The notes under the pieces: generated by a model
Databases searched by the model: none
Seen by the model: the letters and a program-made list of their open reading frames with translations, nothing else
What the model was told of the DNA's origin: nothing
Source of the DNA: a virus
Virus record (IMG/VR): IMGVR_UViG_3300021373_000005
Length of the DNA: 64,000 nt
Strand: one strand, 5' to 3'
Shown: positions 27,574 to 38,300 of the stretch, piece by piece
Layout: the number at the start of each line of letters is the position of its first letter
How positions within the stretch are numbered: the first letter of the stretch is position 1
Translations under genes and position numbers: made by a program

Positions 27574-27912
27574 ATGGCATCAAGAGCTAACATATACATC
27601 GATAAAGGAATGGACTTCAGGACCGAGCTGAACCTGTTTAATGACGAGGGTGTCGAATATGATGACGCAACTATTTCTGTTTATAATTTCTATAGCAGCA
27701 TAAGAAAAGTATATTCGTCCACAGCAGCAGTCAACTTTAATATTGAAGTCGCAAACAATGACATCACCTTGGTACTTACTGACCAACAAACTGATTCACT
27801 AGCACCTGGGAAATATCAATATGATGTTGTAATGGAAAAACAAACAGGAGAACGAACCAAAATAGTTGAAGGTCTAGCAATCGTAGTCGAAACTATTACG
27901 GAGGTTTCGTGA
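27574..27912 (+). CDS. Small Ig-like/baseplate-adaptor-like structural protein
   Basis: ANIYIDKGMDF...GKYQYDVVM...TKIVEG pattern typical of small T4-like marine phage virion proteins; overlaps the next gene (GTGA). Confidence 0.7.
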   Translation: MASRANIYIDKGMDFRTELNLFNDEGVEYDDATISVYNFYSSIRKVYSSTAAVNFNIEVANNDITLVLTDQQTDSLAPGKYQYDVVMEKQTGERTKIVEGLAIVVETITEVS

Positions 27913-30900
27913 GCATAAAGGTCAAAATCGGTGGCGGCCGCTCGATTAAGGCTGTACCGAAACAGGGTCAATCCACTCCTATTGTAGCTCCAGCAGAACG
28001 AAAACCACAAATCGTTCCGGATAGTGTTGTCCTTGGAATTGACACTATTGGTGAATACGTTGTTTCCGTCGCGAACACGGTCGGTATTACAGTATCACAA
28101 ACAGTTTACGACCAAGGCGCTAATGTTGTCATTGGTCATGCTGATACATCAAACGCAGTCAGCACAACAAATCCAAATTTATCGTATCCTAAAAATATCT
28201 CAATTGATACATTTGGTCATATTACAGATTTTGAAAATGTAAGTTTTAATCCATTAAACTTTACTGCCAATTCCACAGTTATTTCTTCTGCCGATATTAC
28301 TCTCGGTACAACTTCACTTACATTAGGCGAAACAACTCCAGTTATTGAAGGTCTTACTGACTTAACAATATCAAATTTATTCACTGCAGAAAATGGTGCA
28401 TTCTTAAATGGAATTGATGTTACTGGGCAGGCAGAAGTTGGTTCATTAAATGTTGAAGATTTAACACCAGGTCGTATTGTATATGCAGGAGCTGATGGAG
28501 AATTAATTGATTCACCTGGACTTACATTTAACGGCACAAGTATTATCGCAACAGGCGGGGTGTTCTTAGATGACTTATCCGTTCCTGGGCAAGCAACATT
28601 AGGAAGTGTTAATATTACTGACCTCAATGAAGGTCGTATTATGTATGCCGGGGCAAACGGCGAATTAATTGATTCTGCTAACCTATCTTTTGATGGTGTT
28701 TCCATTACAGCAACAGGTGGTGTATTTTTAGATATACTTAGAGTACCTGGTCAAACAGAATTAGGTTCAGTTAATGTTACTGATTTAACATCAGGCAGAG
28801 TTGTATTCTCAGGTGTTGACGGAGAACTTGTTGATAGTGATAAGTTAACATTTAACGGAACAACATTTACAGTAGATGGTGACACGGATATTACAGGTAA
28901 TGTCACTATAGGCGGTAATTTAACATTAGGTGATAATCAAGTTGATACCATTAATGTTGTTGCTGACTTTACATCGGACTTGATTCCTGATGTATCAGAT
29001 ACATACAGTTTAGGTACGCCTACTAAAGAATGGCGTAGAATATTTACTCCGACACTTAAGAGTTCTTCAGGTGTCGTAACGATTGATGAAACCGGCGCTC
29101 TTACACTACCTGTAGGTGGAACCTCAGACCGACCAACCGCTGCTATAGGTATGGTTCGTTATAATACTTCGGATAGTAGATTTGAAGGTTATGATGGAAC
29201 TAATTGGTCTGAATTAGCAGGTAGTGTTAAGGACGTTGATAAAGATACATTCATCCGAGCTGAAACTGGGCCAGGCGCTGATGGTGATGATCTTGACTTC
29301 TTTACCGCTGGTGTTCAGAGATTACAAATTAACCAAGATGGTGATTTAAAATACGGTCCTAACGATGAAATAGAATTTGACTTTTCAACAGGTGGAGCAA
29401 CATTTGGTTCAGTTTCTGTTTCTGCGATCGCACCAGGTTCTGTTGTATATACCTCGGCAGGAGGAAGATTAGAAGGACAAGCAAACCTTGCCTGGGACGG
29501 AACAAATTTAACAATCGTTGGTGGTATTACAGTTGATGGTGACTTTAGTACATCAGGTGGTTTATCTGGTGATAGTTTATCAGTAGGTAACTTACAAGCG
29601 AACACAATGATGTTCGTATCAGACACTGGTGCATTATCTTCAAACAATAATATCCAGTTTGACGGTTCGCATATGAACGTGAACGCAACTTCTGCGTTCT
29701 TTGTTGCACCAACAATTGAAACGGTTTCAGAAGGTCAAGTATTTGTTGCTGGAGCAAACGGTGCTTTACTTGGTGATGCAGGTTTAACATACGACGTTGA
29801 TACTAATGAATTATCGGTTGGTTCTCTTACAGATAATCGTGTTGTTGTCGCAGGACCAAGTGGCTTATTATCCGACGATGCGAATTTTACTTGGGACGGA
29901 ACAACATTAGCAGTTACAGGTTCAGGTACATTTACAGGTGATCTTGATGTTGATGGTGATGTTACTATCGCAGGTAATCTAACATTAGGTGACCAAGTAC
30001 AAGATACAATTAATGTTGTTGCTGACTTTACATCAGACTTATTACCTAAAGACGATGCTACTTACGACCTTGGTGCAACAGGATCGCAATGGGATAAGTT
30101 ATTCGTAACAACAATTGACAGTGATAATGAAGTATTAGTTATTGATACGACAGGAGCAATCACAGTTCCTGTTGGTACTACTGCGGATAGACCATCTTCA
30201 TTAACGGCCGGTATGGTTCGTTTCAATACAAGTGATGGAGTATTTGAAGGTTATAGTGGAAATGCTTGGGCATCACTAGGTGGTGTTAAAGACGTTGACC
30301 AAGATACATTTATTGAAGCAGAATCAAGTCCTGGTGCAGATAATGATGAATTAAGATTTGTCACTGCAGGTATTACTGCATTTACAGTTGACAACCAACA
30401 ACGAATTACAACCCCTGCCGCAACTGACCTTGTATTTAATGTCACTGGTAATATCGATGTAAGCAATACAATTATAACAGGTTTAGCAGAGCCTGTCAAC
30501 AATTCCGATGCAGTTACCAAGTTTTATGTAGAAAATACTTTTGATAGAGATTTCCATATAACGAAAGGTGCTAATACGTATGTATTGGATTTATTTAATA
30601 CAACGAATACACCAAGTTTTGAAATTGGAACCGCATTAACAATTGAAACATATGATTCTGGAAATAATGTTGTTCAAGTTGGATTAGACCCAGTATGGCA
30701 ATCATTCTCAGGATTAAGAGAAGCTGGTGTTGAAGGCACGGTTCCAAACTTTGAGTTTGACGTTTATGGTCGTGTTCGTTCTCTTGTAAATATTCCATTA
30801 TCTGTATCGTCCAACGCGGTTGTTGACTTCGTTCCATCTATTTTTGGTGTTGTTGAAGATGCTGTTAGAAATGGTAATATCGAACGCGGTTTAACTGTTA

Positions 30901-31859
30901 CGGCAAACAACGTGTCACAGAAAGTAAACTTTGAAACTGATAACTTTGATATTACATTAACAGGTGCAGTTACTGGTACAGATACAGTTGTTCATAACTC
31001 AAATGTTTCAATCGCAACATCGTTTGATTATGTAACACTTGACGCAAGATATATTAATGCTGAAGGTGGTGATACATCAAATGGTGATTTGCGAGCAACG
31101 AAGTTTGTAAGTAAAGACGATTTAAATTATTATGCCGACCCACAGGGTACTTCAAGATTTGCTGATTTATGGGTAGGTTATAATAAACCAAGTACAACAC
31201 TTACTTTCGGTACTGGTACTGGAAATATGTATATGTATGCTCAAGGATCCAAACTTGGTTTCCTAAGTAGTACATTCAATTTCGGTACATACTTTGATAC
31301 AATAAATAATAGTTGGTACGTTGAAGATGGTTCCGTATTTTCAAGGAACTTCATTGATAGTCAGGATACTAATTATAGAATTAACCCTGCGGGTGGAAAC
31401 TCCAGACTATTAGGCTTAAATATAGATACGCAAATGTTGTTAGGAAGTAATTTCCTATTTGCGAATTCTGCTATTTCCACCACTTCAGGTGATATTACAA
31501 TCAATCCTGCTTCTGGTGTATTTAGCGTTGATAACTCTATTATAACAAATGTTAGCGATCCTGTCAATAGTTTAGATGCAGTAAATAAGCAATCTTTAGA
31601 TACTGCTATCAACAGCTTGACAATTGGCGGTATTTCTATCGGAGCAGAAACAGGCACTGTAGATACAGTTGCTCTTGGTGAGACAATCACTTTTGCTGCG
31701 GGAGAAGGTATTGACACAACGGTCGCGAATAATCAAATAACAATTGCTGGTGAAATAGCAACAGATACCAATATTGGTGTTGCGAAATTCAACGCAGCGA
31801 ATTTTACAGTGACAGGCGGAGATGTAACCGTCACAACACTAGATGGAGGAACCTTTTAA
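27909..31859 (+). CDS. Tail fibre-like protein with internal duplications
   Basis: GTG start coupled to the upstream stop. Three 54-aa repeats at 162-nt spacing (28461, 28623, 28785). Duplicated LPVG(G/T)TxDRP...G(M)VR(Y/F)NT...FEGY.G..W and VKDVDxDTFI modules. C-terminal ITFAAGEGIDT...LDGGTF. Confidence 0.8.
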   Translation: MSIKVKIGGGRSIKAVPKQGQSTPIVAPAERKPQIVPDSVVLGIDTIGEYVVSVANTVGITVSQTVYDQGANVVIGHADTSNAVSTTNPNLSYPKNISIDTFGHITDFENVSFNPLNFTANSTVISSADITLGTTSLTLGETTPVIEGLTDLTISNLFTAENGAFLNGIDVTGQAEVGSLNVEDLTPGRIVYAGADGELIDSPGLTFNGTSIIATGGVFLDDLSVPGQATLGSVNITDLNEGRIMYAGANGELIDSANLSFDGVSITATGGVFLDILRVPGQTELGSVNVTDLTSGRVVFSGVDGELVDSDKLTFNGTTFTVDGDTDITGNVTIGGNLTLGDNQVDTINVVADFTSDLIPDVSDTYSLGTPTKEWRRIFTPTLKSSSGVVTIDETGALTLPVGGTSDRPTAAIGMVRYNTSDSRFEGYDGTNWSELAGSVKDVDKDTFIRAETGPGADGDDLDFFTAGVQRLQINQDGDLKYGPNDEIEFDFSTGGATFGSVSVSAIAPGSVVYTSAGGRLEGQANLAWDGTNLTIVGGITVDGDFSTSGGLSGDSLSVGNLQANTMMFVSDTGALSSNNNIQFDGSHMNVNATSAFFVAPTIETVSEGQVFVAGANGALLGDAGLTYDVDTNELSVGSLTDNRVVVAGPSGLLSDDANFTWDGTTLAVTGSGTFTGDLDVDGDVTIAGNLTLGDQVQDTINVVADFTSDLLPKDDATYDLGATGSQWDKLFVTTIDSDNEVLVIDTTGAITVPVGTTADRPSSLTAGMVRFNTSDGVFEGYSGNAWASLGGVKDVDQDTFIEAESSPGADNDELRFVTAGITAFTVDNQQRITTPAATDLVFNVTGNIDVSNTIITGLAEPVNNSDAVTKFYVENTFDRDFHITKGANTYVLDLFNTTNTPSFEIGTALTIETYDSGNNVVQVGLDPVWQSFSGLREAGVEGTVPNFEFDVYGRVRSLVNIPLSVSSNAVVDFVPSIFGVVEDAVRNGNIERGLTVTANNVSQKVNFETDNFDITLTGAVTGTDTVVHNSNVSIATSFDYVTLDARYINAEGGDTSNGDLRATKFVSKDDLNYYADPQGTSRFADLWVGYNKPSTTLTFGTGTGNMYMYAQGSKLGFLSSTFNFGTYFDTINNSWYVEDGSVFSRNFIDSQDTNYRINPAGGNSRLLGLNIDTQMLLGSNFLFANSAISTTSGDITINPASGVFSVDNSIITNVSDPVNSLDAVNKQSLDTAINSLTIGGISIGAETGTVDTVALGETITFAAGEGIDTTVANNQITIAGEIATDTNIGVAKFNAANFTVTGGDVTVTTLDGGTF

Positions 31860-31865
31860 TTTTGC

Positions 31866-31872
31866 CTAAATA
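31866..31872 (+). promoter_or_regulatory. Possible late promoter variant CTAAATA
   Basis: In the short intergenic gap before ORF 31899; weaker match to the consensus. Confidence 0.35.
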
Positions 31873-31898
31873 GGTATATGATATAGAAGGACATATAT

Positions 31899-34800
31899 AT
31901 GTCAACATTAATTAAATTAAGAAGAAGTGCCGTACCTGGTCGCGCGCCAACGACAGCTCAGCTGGAGTTAGGTGAACTTGCGATTAACACAGCTGACGGC
32001 AAAATCTACATTAAACAAGATGTCAGTGGAGTAGAATCCATTGTTGAGTTTAGTGCCGATCCAAATGACTTACTTACGTTAATTAAAACAGTTGACGGAA
32101 CAGGCTCAGGTCTTGATGCTGACTTATTGGATGGTTTAGATTCAACACAATATTTAAGATCTGATGTTGATGATACTTTTGCAGCGAACCTAACAATTAC
32201 AGGTAACCTTACTGTATCAGGAAATACTACATATGTCAATACGGAAACAATTCAGTTATCCGATAATATTATTACTCTTAATGCTAACCATACAGGTTCA
32301 GCAACTCAAGATGCTGGTCTCGAAGTTGAAAGAGGTTCAGATACAAATGTAGTTCTACAATGGAATGAAGCAAACGATTATTGGGAAATTGCTTCGGGTG
32401 GAACAATTGGAAGAATCATTACCACTGGTGATGAAGGCGCAGGGAATGGATTTGACGCCGACTTGTTGGACGGACAAGAAGGTACGTATTACGTAGATTT
32501 TACAAATGCGACCAATAAACCCGACCCAACAATAGATGTAAACCTAACAGGGAAGACAACAGGGTCAGGGACGACCACTTTAACGGATCTTGGTAATGGA
32601 ACAATTAACATTACTACAGAACTTGCGAATACTGCTGTCACTGCAGGTTCATACGGTTCTGCTTCTCAAATTCCAACATTTACTGTTGATGAAGATGGTC
32701 GATTAACTGCAGCACAGAATGTTGCTGTCGCAGGTGTATCTGATACTGATTGGTACATCGCAAATAATACATTCCAAATTTCTACTGTTGATGGCAGTGT
32801 ATTTAATACAGTCATTGATGAATTTACAGGTTTAACAGTCACAGGTGATATAGTAGTCACAGGTACAGTTGATGGCCGGGATATATTAGCAGACGGACAA
32901 AAGCTTGACACAATTGAAACAGGCGCTCGTAACCTTTCAAATACTGAAATCCTTAATATCGTATTAACTAATGATGGAGAAAATTCAACATTAGATGCTG
33001 ATTTGCTTGATGGAGCAAATAGTGATTTCTATCTCGACTTTACAAATGCAACAAACAAACCTGACCCAACAATTACTTTATCAGGAGATGTCACAGGTTC
33101 AGTTACTTTAACTGATTTAGCAGATGGAACAATCACAACAGACATTGCTGCTTCAGGAGTTACTGCTGCTCAATATGGTGGTGCAACAGAAATTCCTATC
33201 ATTACAATCGCAGCCGACGGTCGTATCACTGCAGCTGCTACTGCTTCGGTCGCAGGTATTAGTTCAACAGCTTGGTTAACAGCAAATAATACTTATCAGA
33301 TTATTACAGGTGATGGTTCTCAATACGACGCTAATATTTCTCAGTTTGATGCAAATGTTGATTTCGGTGCAGGTATTGATATTACTGGTGATATCACAGT
33401 CACAGGTAATGTTGACGGACGAGACGTTTCGGTTGATGGTGCTAAACTTGATGGTATAGAGGCAGGAGCAACCGCCGACCAAACAGCAGCCGAAATATTA
33501 ACAGCAATTAAAACAGTAGACGGTTCAGGTTCAGGTCTTGATGCTGATACTCTTGATGGAATTGATAGTACAGGATTCATTCAAACCGGTACTGCGTTAG
33601 ATGCAGATACTCTTGATGGTCAAGATGGAACTTACTATCTCGATTTTACAAACTTTACAAATTTACCAGACCCAGATATTGATGTAACACTGACTGGTAA
33701 GGTCACTGGTACAGGTTCTACAACACTTACAGACCTAGGTAATGGTTCTATAAGTATAACAACCGCTCTTGAAGATACAGGAGTTACAGCGGCTCAGTAT
33801 GGTTCAGCAACAGCAATTCCTGTTATAACTGTTGACGATGATGGTCGTATTACTGCTGCAAGTACAGCTGCTATTAAAGGTATTGAATCTCTTACTTGGC
33901 ACAACGCAAATACAACATTAAATTTAGAAGCAGGAGATGGTACTCACTTCCTTGCGAATATACATGAATTTGGTGAACTTGATATTACTGGTGATATCAC
34001 AATCTCAGGAACTGTTGATGGACGTGATGTTTCAGCAGACGGTACTAAACTTGACGGTATTGAAGCAGGTGCTACTGCTGACCAAACTGCTTCCGAAATA
34101 TTAACAGCAATTAAGACAGTTGATGGAACAGGTTCTGGGTTAGATGCTGATTTACTTGATGGTCAACACGCTGCTGATATTATTGCTACCGCCCAATCAC
34201 AAGCAGCCGCAAATGTACATGACGCAACGATTACTATTGATGCGGGAGATGCAATTGATGGTGGTGGAACATTTACAGTTAACCAACTTGCTAACTCTAC
34301 AATTACAATACATCACGCAGATACAAGTTCACAAGCAAGTGTATTAGGAAGTGGCGGTCAAGTAATTCAAGATGTTGTACTTGATACTTATGGTCACGTT
34401 ACAGGTCTTGACCAAGTTGATTTTGACAATCGTTATTATACACAAGCATTACTTGATGCAGGTCAACTTGATAACAGATATTATACTGAAGTCGAACTTG
34501 ATGCAGGTCAACTTGATAACAGATATTATACAGAAACAGAATTAGATAACGGGCAGCTTGATAACAGATATTATACTGAAGCTGAACTCGATGCAGGTCA
34601 ATTAGATAATCGTTATTATACAGAAACCGAAACCGAAACATTATTCCTTAAAGCGGCTGATAGGTCAGTTACTGGTGCAGACGGTGTTACGGGTGGTGGA
34701 CCATTAACCGCTAACGTTGTTCTTACTCACGCTGATACATCAGACGTTGCGAATACAGGCGTTCTTGATTTACCTAACGCTGAAGTTATCGAGAGTATGA

Positions 34801-35297
34801 ACTTTGATAAGTTCGGTCACGTCGTAGGATACACAACAAATAACCTCGCAGTATTAACACAAAACATTGCTGATGCAAGATATGTAAATGTGACTGGCGA
34901 TACAATGACTGGAAACTTATTTGTTCCAACCATGACAGCCACAGGAAATATTAACGTTGATGGTAATCTTAATTTAGAGCACGCAAGAATTACAAGTAAA
35001 GAAATAACTACAACGTCAACATCAGCAGCAACTTTAGACTCAAACATACAAGGATTCTTTAAAAGTATTGAATATATCATTACAGCAAAGTCCGGGTCAA
35101 ATGTTGATGTGACAAAGATTTTAGCAGTTGATGATGGAAGCAATATATACGCAACAGAGTTTGCTCGTATTGCACCAAATGGAGAACTTGCTACGTATGA
35201 AGTCGATACGAACTTTGGATTCTCAAGACTACAATGTACTCCATCTTCTGCTACGAGCACAGTATTTACAGTTATTATAACAGGTACTGAGTCTTAA
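31899..35297 (+). CDS. Tail fibre protein with Mtd_N-like N-terminus and DADLLDG repeats
   Basis: N-terminus IKLRRSAVPGRAPTTAQLELGELAINTADGKIYIK (major tropism determinant N-terminal-like). Six (G/T/A)(L/F)DAD(L/T)LDG motifs, triplicated AGSYGSAxxIPxxTVDxDGRxTAA modules and a C-terminal beta domain. Confidence 0.82.
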   Translation: MSTLIKLRRSAVPGRAPTTAQLELGELAINTADGKIYIKQDVSGVESIVEFSADPNDLLTLIKTVDGTGSGLDADLLDGLDSTQYLRSDVDDTFAANLTITGNLTVSGNTTYVNTETIQLSDNIITLNANHTGSATQDAGLEVERGSDTNVVLQWNEANDYWEIASGGTIGRIITTGDEGAGNGFDADLLDGQEGTYYVDFTNATNKPDPTIDVNLTGKTTGSGTTTLTDLGNGTINITTELANTAVTAGSYGSASQIPTFTVDEDGRLTAAQNVAVAGVSDTDWYIANNTFQISTVDGSVFNTVIDEFTGLTVTGDIVVTGTVDGRDILADGQKLDTIETGARNLSNTEILNIVLTNDGENSTLDADLLDGANSDFYLDFTNATNKPDPTITLSGDVTGSVTLTDLADGTITTDIAASGVTAAQYGGATEIPIITIAADGRITAAATASVAGISSTAWLTANNTYQIITGDGSQYDANISQFDANVDFGAGIDITGDITVTGNVDGRDVSVDGAKLDGIEAGATADQTAAEILTAIKTVDGSGSGLDADTLDGIDSTGFIQTGTALDADTLDGQDGTYYLDFTNFTNLPDPDIDVTLTGKVTGTGSTTLTDLGNGSISITTALEDTGVTAAQYGSATAIPVITVDDDGRITAASTAAIKGIESLTWHNANTTLNLEAGDGTHFLANIHEFGELDITGDITISGTVDGRDVSADGTKLDGIEAGATADQTASEILTAIKTVDGTGSGLDADLLDGQHAADIIATAQSQAAANVHDATITIDAGDAIDGGGTFTVNQLANSTITIHHADTSSQASVLGSGGQVIQDVVLDTYGHVTGLDQVDFDNRYYTQALLDAGQLDNRYYTEVELDAGQLDNRYYTETELDNGQLDNRYYTEAELDAGQLDNRYYTETETETLFLKAADRSVTGADGVTGGGPLTANVVLTHADTSDVANTGVLDLPNAEVIESMNFDKFGHVVGYTTNNLAVLTQNIADARYVNVTGDTMTGNLFVPTMTATGNINVDGNLNLEHARITSKEITTTSTSAATLDSNIQGFFKSIEYIITAKSGSNVDVTKILAVDDGSNIYATEFARIAPNGELATYEVDTNFGFSRLQCTPSSATSTVFTVIITGTES
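34425..34625 (+). repeat. 45-nt (15-aa) tandem repeat, 5 copies of DNRYYT(E/Q)xxLDAGQL
   Basis: First DNRYY codon at 34425 and fifth at 34605, i.e. 4 x 45 nt apart. Confidence 0.9.
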
Positions 35298-35299
35298 CA

Positions 35300-35308
35300 T
35301 AATAAATA
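35300..35308 (+). promoter_or_regulatory. Putative late promoter variant TAATAAATA
   Basis: Intergenic, upstream of the 3.7k-aa fibre gene; GGGGAGAG Shine-Dalgarno-like sequence at 35343. Confidence 0.55.
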
Positions 35309-35358
35309 AAGGTATACATTGAACAATTTAAACCGCCTATCTGGGGAGAGTGAACCGA

Positions 35359-38300
35359 ATGGCAAATGATAAGAAATTTATAGTCAAGAATGGTCTCTTG
35401 ACACCGGAAAATGCTGTCATCGGCAGCAATACGGATACTGGTGAAAAACTCCAGGTCACCGGTGACACAGTCCTAACCCAAGGTACGCAAGGTACTCCGA
35501 CTTTAAAAGTTACTAATTCAGGTGGAGCTTCCGCTTCTACAATCGTTGCCCAATTTGAAGGTGATTCTGATTCACTCCAGATTCGCAATATTGGGACAGG
35601 CGATTATTCAATCACAAATCCTCAGCAAGGAAATAGTATTGAATTTTATGACGGTACCGCAGGTATTGTTATTAAATATGCAGGCTCAAATAAATTAGCA
35701 TTCACAAGTACAGGAACTGATTTTACAGGTCTTTCTAATACAACGATTGAAGGTAATCGTATTCTTACAACTGCAGATGAAGGTGCAGGTAATGGATTAG
35801 ATGCTGATACAGTTGATGGATTACAAGCAAGTCAATTCTTAAGATCCGATGTTGATGATACTGCCGCAGGTAATATAAACTTTTCACAAGATATTGATGT
35901 CGCAGGTTCTGCTCAAGTTGATGTTAACTTAACAGTTGATGGTCAAGCAGTTATTAAAGCTTTACTTGATGCACAAGCAAATGCTCAAGTCGCTGGTAAT
36001 TTAACGGTTAGTGGAGATCTTTTAGTTTCAGGTAATACGACAACTGTTAATACCGAAGAAATTCTACTTGCTGATAATATTATTACTCTTAATAGTAATT
36101 ACACAGGCTCAACTCCATCAGAAGATAGCGGTATTGAAATTGAGCGTGGTACATTAGCAAATCCAAAACTTGTTTGGAATGAATCTCAGGACTATTGGGA
36201 ACTACAAGTTAATGGTTCAGTACTTGGTCGAATTATTACAACAGCAGATGAAGGTTCAGGAAATGGATTTGATGCTGATACTGTTGACGGTTTAGAGGCA
36301 GAGCAATTCTTACGTAGTGATGCTGATGATACTGCTACAGGTAATATTACAATTGAAGGTGATCTTACAATTGGAGATGATTCAGGTCCTGCTCAAATTA
36401 TCTTTGACGGTAATGGAGTTAATCGTACTTTATATTCAGCAACAGGTGAAATTGGATTTTTAAACAATGCTGCTAACTGGGCGGCAAGATCTAATGCAAA
36501 TGGTGATTGGATTGTTGAACGAGATGTTTCAGCAGGTAGAGATGTAATTGCTACGAATGATGTTACAGCAACAAGTGGTGATGTAACTGCTGGTGATAGT
36601 ATTACAGCACAAAATAATATTACAGCAACGACAGGTAATATTGCTGCTTCAGCAGGAAGTGTAACAGCACAAACAAACGTAACAGCAGTTACAGGTAATG
36701 TTTCAGCAACAGCTGGTGACGTAACTGCAGGTGATGATGTCATTGCACAAAATGATGTCACAGCAACAACTGGTGATGTTTCGGCCACAGCAGGTAATGT
36801 AACTGCTGGCGACAGCATGACAGCTCAAAATGATATTACAGCTACAACGGGTGATATTACAGCTTCTGCTGGTGACGTCCAAGCAACAGTAGGAAATGTT
36901 AGAGCTGGTGAAGATGTATACGGTAAGAAATTTATCGATGTCAACGATGGAACCTATATTGTAAATCCAAATTCAAGCTCAACAATGCATGAAATTGGAA
37001 TTGATGATAATCTTTTCCATAACGGCGATACAGATACAAGATTAAGATTTGAAACTGACAATATACAATTAAGAACAGGCGGTTCCGATAGATTAGATAT
37101 TAATAATTCAAGAGTCCAATCTAACCTCGACATATATGCACCCAATGTTCGTATAAATGATTCACTTATTCATAACGGTGATACAGATACAAAAATTACT
37201 TTTGCTACTGACACTGTAGATATTGACACAGGCGGTTCAACAAGATTAACCGCGAATAACTCAGGAGTCACAATTGAAGGTGATCTTGATGTTAATGGAG
37301 ATATTACAGCAGTTAATGGTACATTCACAGGTGACCTTGCTGCTTCAAGATTTTTAGATGCTGATAACAATAACTATTATGCGGACCCTAACTCAACATC
37401 AGTAATGAATCGTATCGGCATTGACGATTACATTCAACATAACGGCGATACAAATACTTACTTTGGATTTAATGCTAACGATAATATTCAATTCTTTACT
37501 GATGCAACACAAAGAGTTGAAATCAATGGCACAAACTTTACAAGTACCGTTGATGGTATATTCCCTAATTTATATGCAGGAAGATATTACGATTTAAATA
37601 ACGCAACTTATTATTTAGACCCAGCAAGTAATTCAAGACTGAATGGTATTGCTCTTGTCGGAACAATTTACCACGACGGTGATACTGATACATATTTAAA
37701 CTTTAACGGTGCAAATAGTTTTGAAGTTGTCACAGGAAACGCTCAAAGATTATTAGTTAACAATACTTATGTGTTAGCAAATAACCAAATGCGTTCACCT
37801 ATTTACTACGATAACAATAATACAAATTATTATGGTAACTTTGCTTCTACATCGCAAATGTCTCAAATTGACATTGATTCGTATATTCGTCATCGCGGTG
37901 ATACAAATACTTATCTTGGATTTGATGCAAATGATAGTATTACATTCGTAACGGGTGGTGCTGAAAGAGTTAATATTACCGATGCAAATACAACATTCTT
38001 CCAACCTGTTATTGTTCAAGGTGATATTCAAGCAGACAGATTTGTTGATAGACAAAACACAGGTTATTATTTAAACCCTGCTGATACATCCATAGCTGCT
38101 ACATTAAACGGTAGAGTATTAATCGGTAATGTAACTGATTCCGCAAGATGGGATGATAATTCAGGAAACGGTGGTATTTCATTAATGCCACATGGTTCAT
38201 ATGCAGGAACACAAAATACTACAGTAGGAATTAGTGGTAACGTTTCTGGTGGTTATTCATTAATGTATTTGAATCTTATTGATTCTTCTTCTAACCCAAC

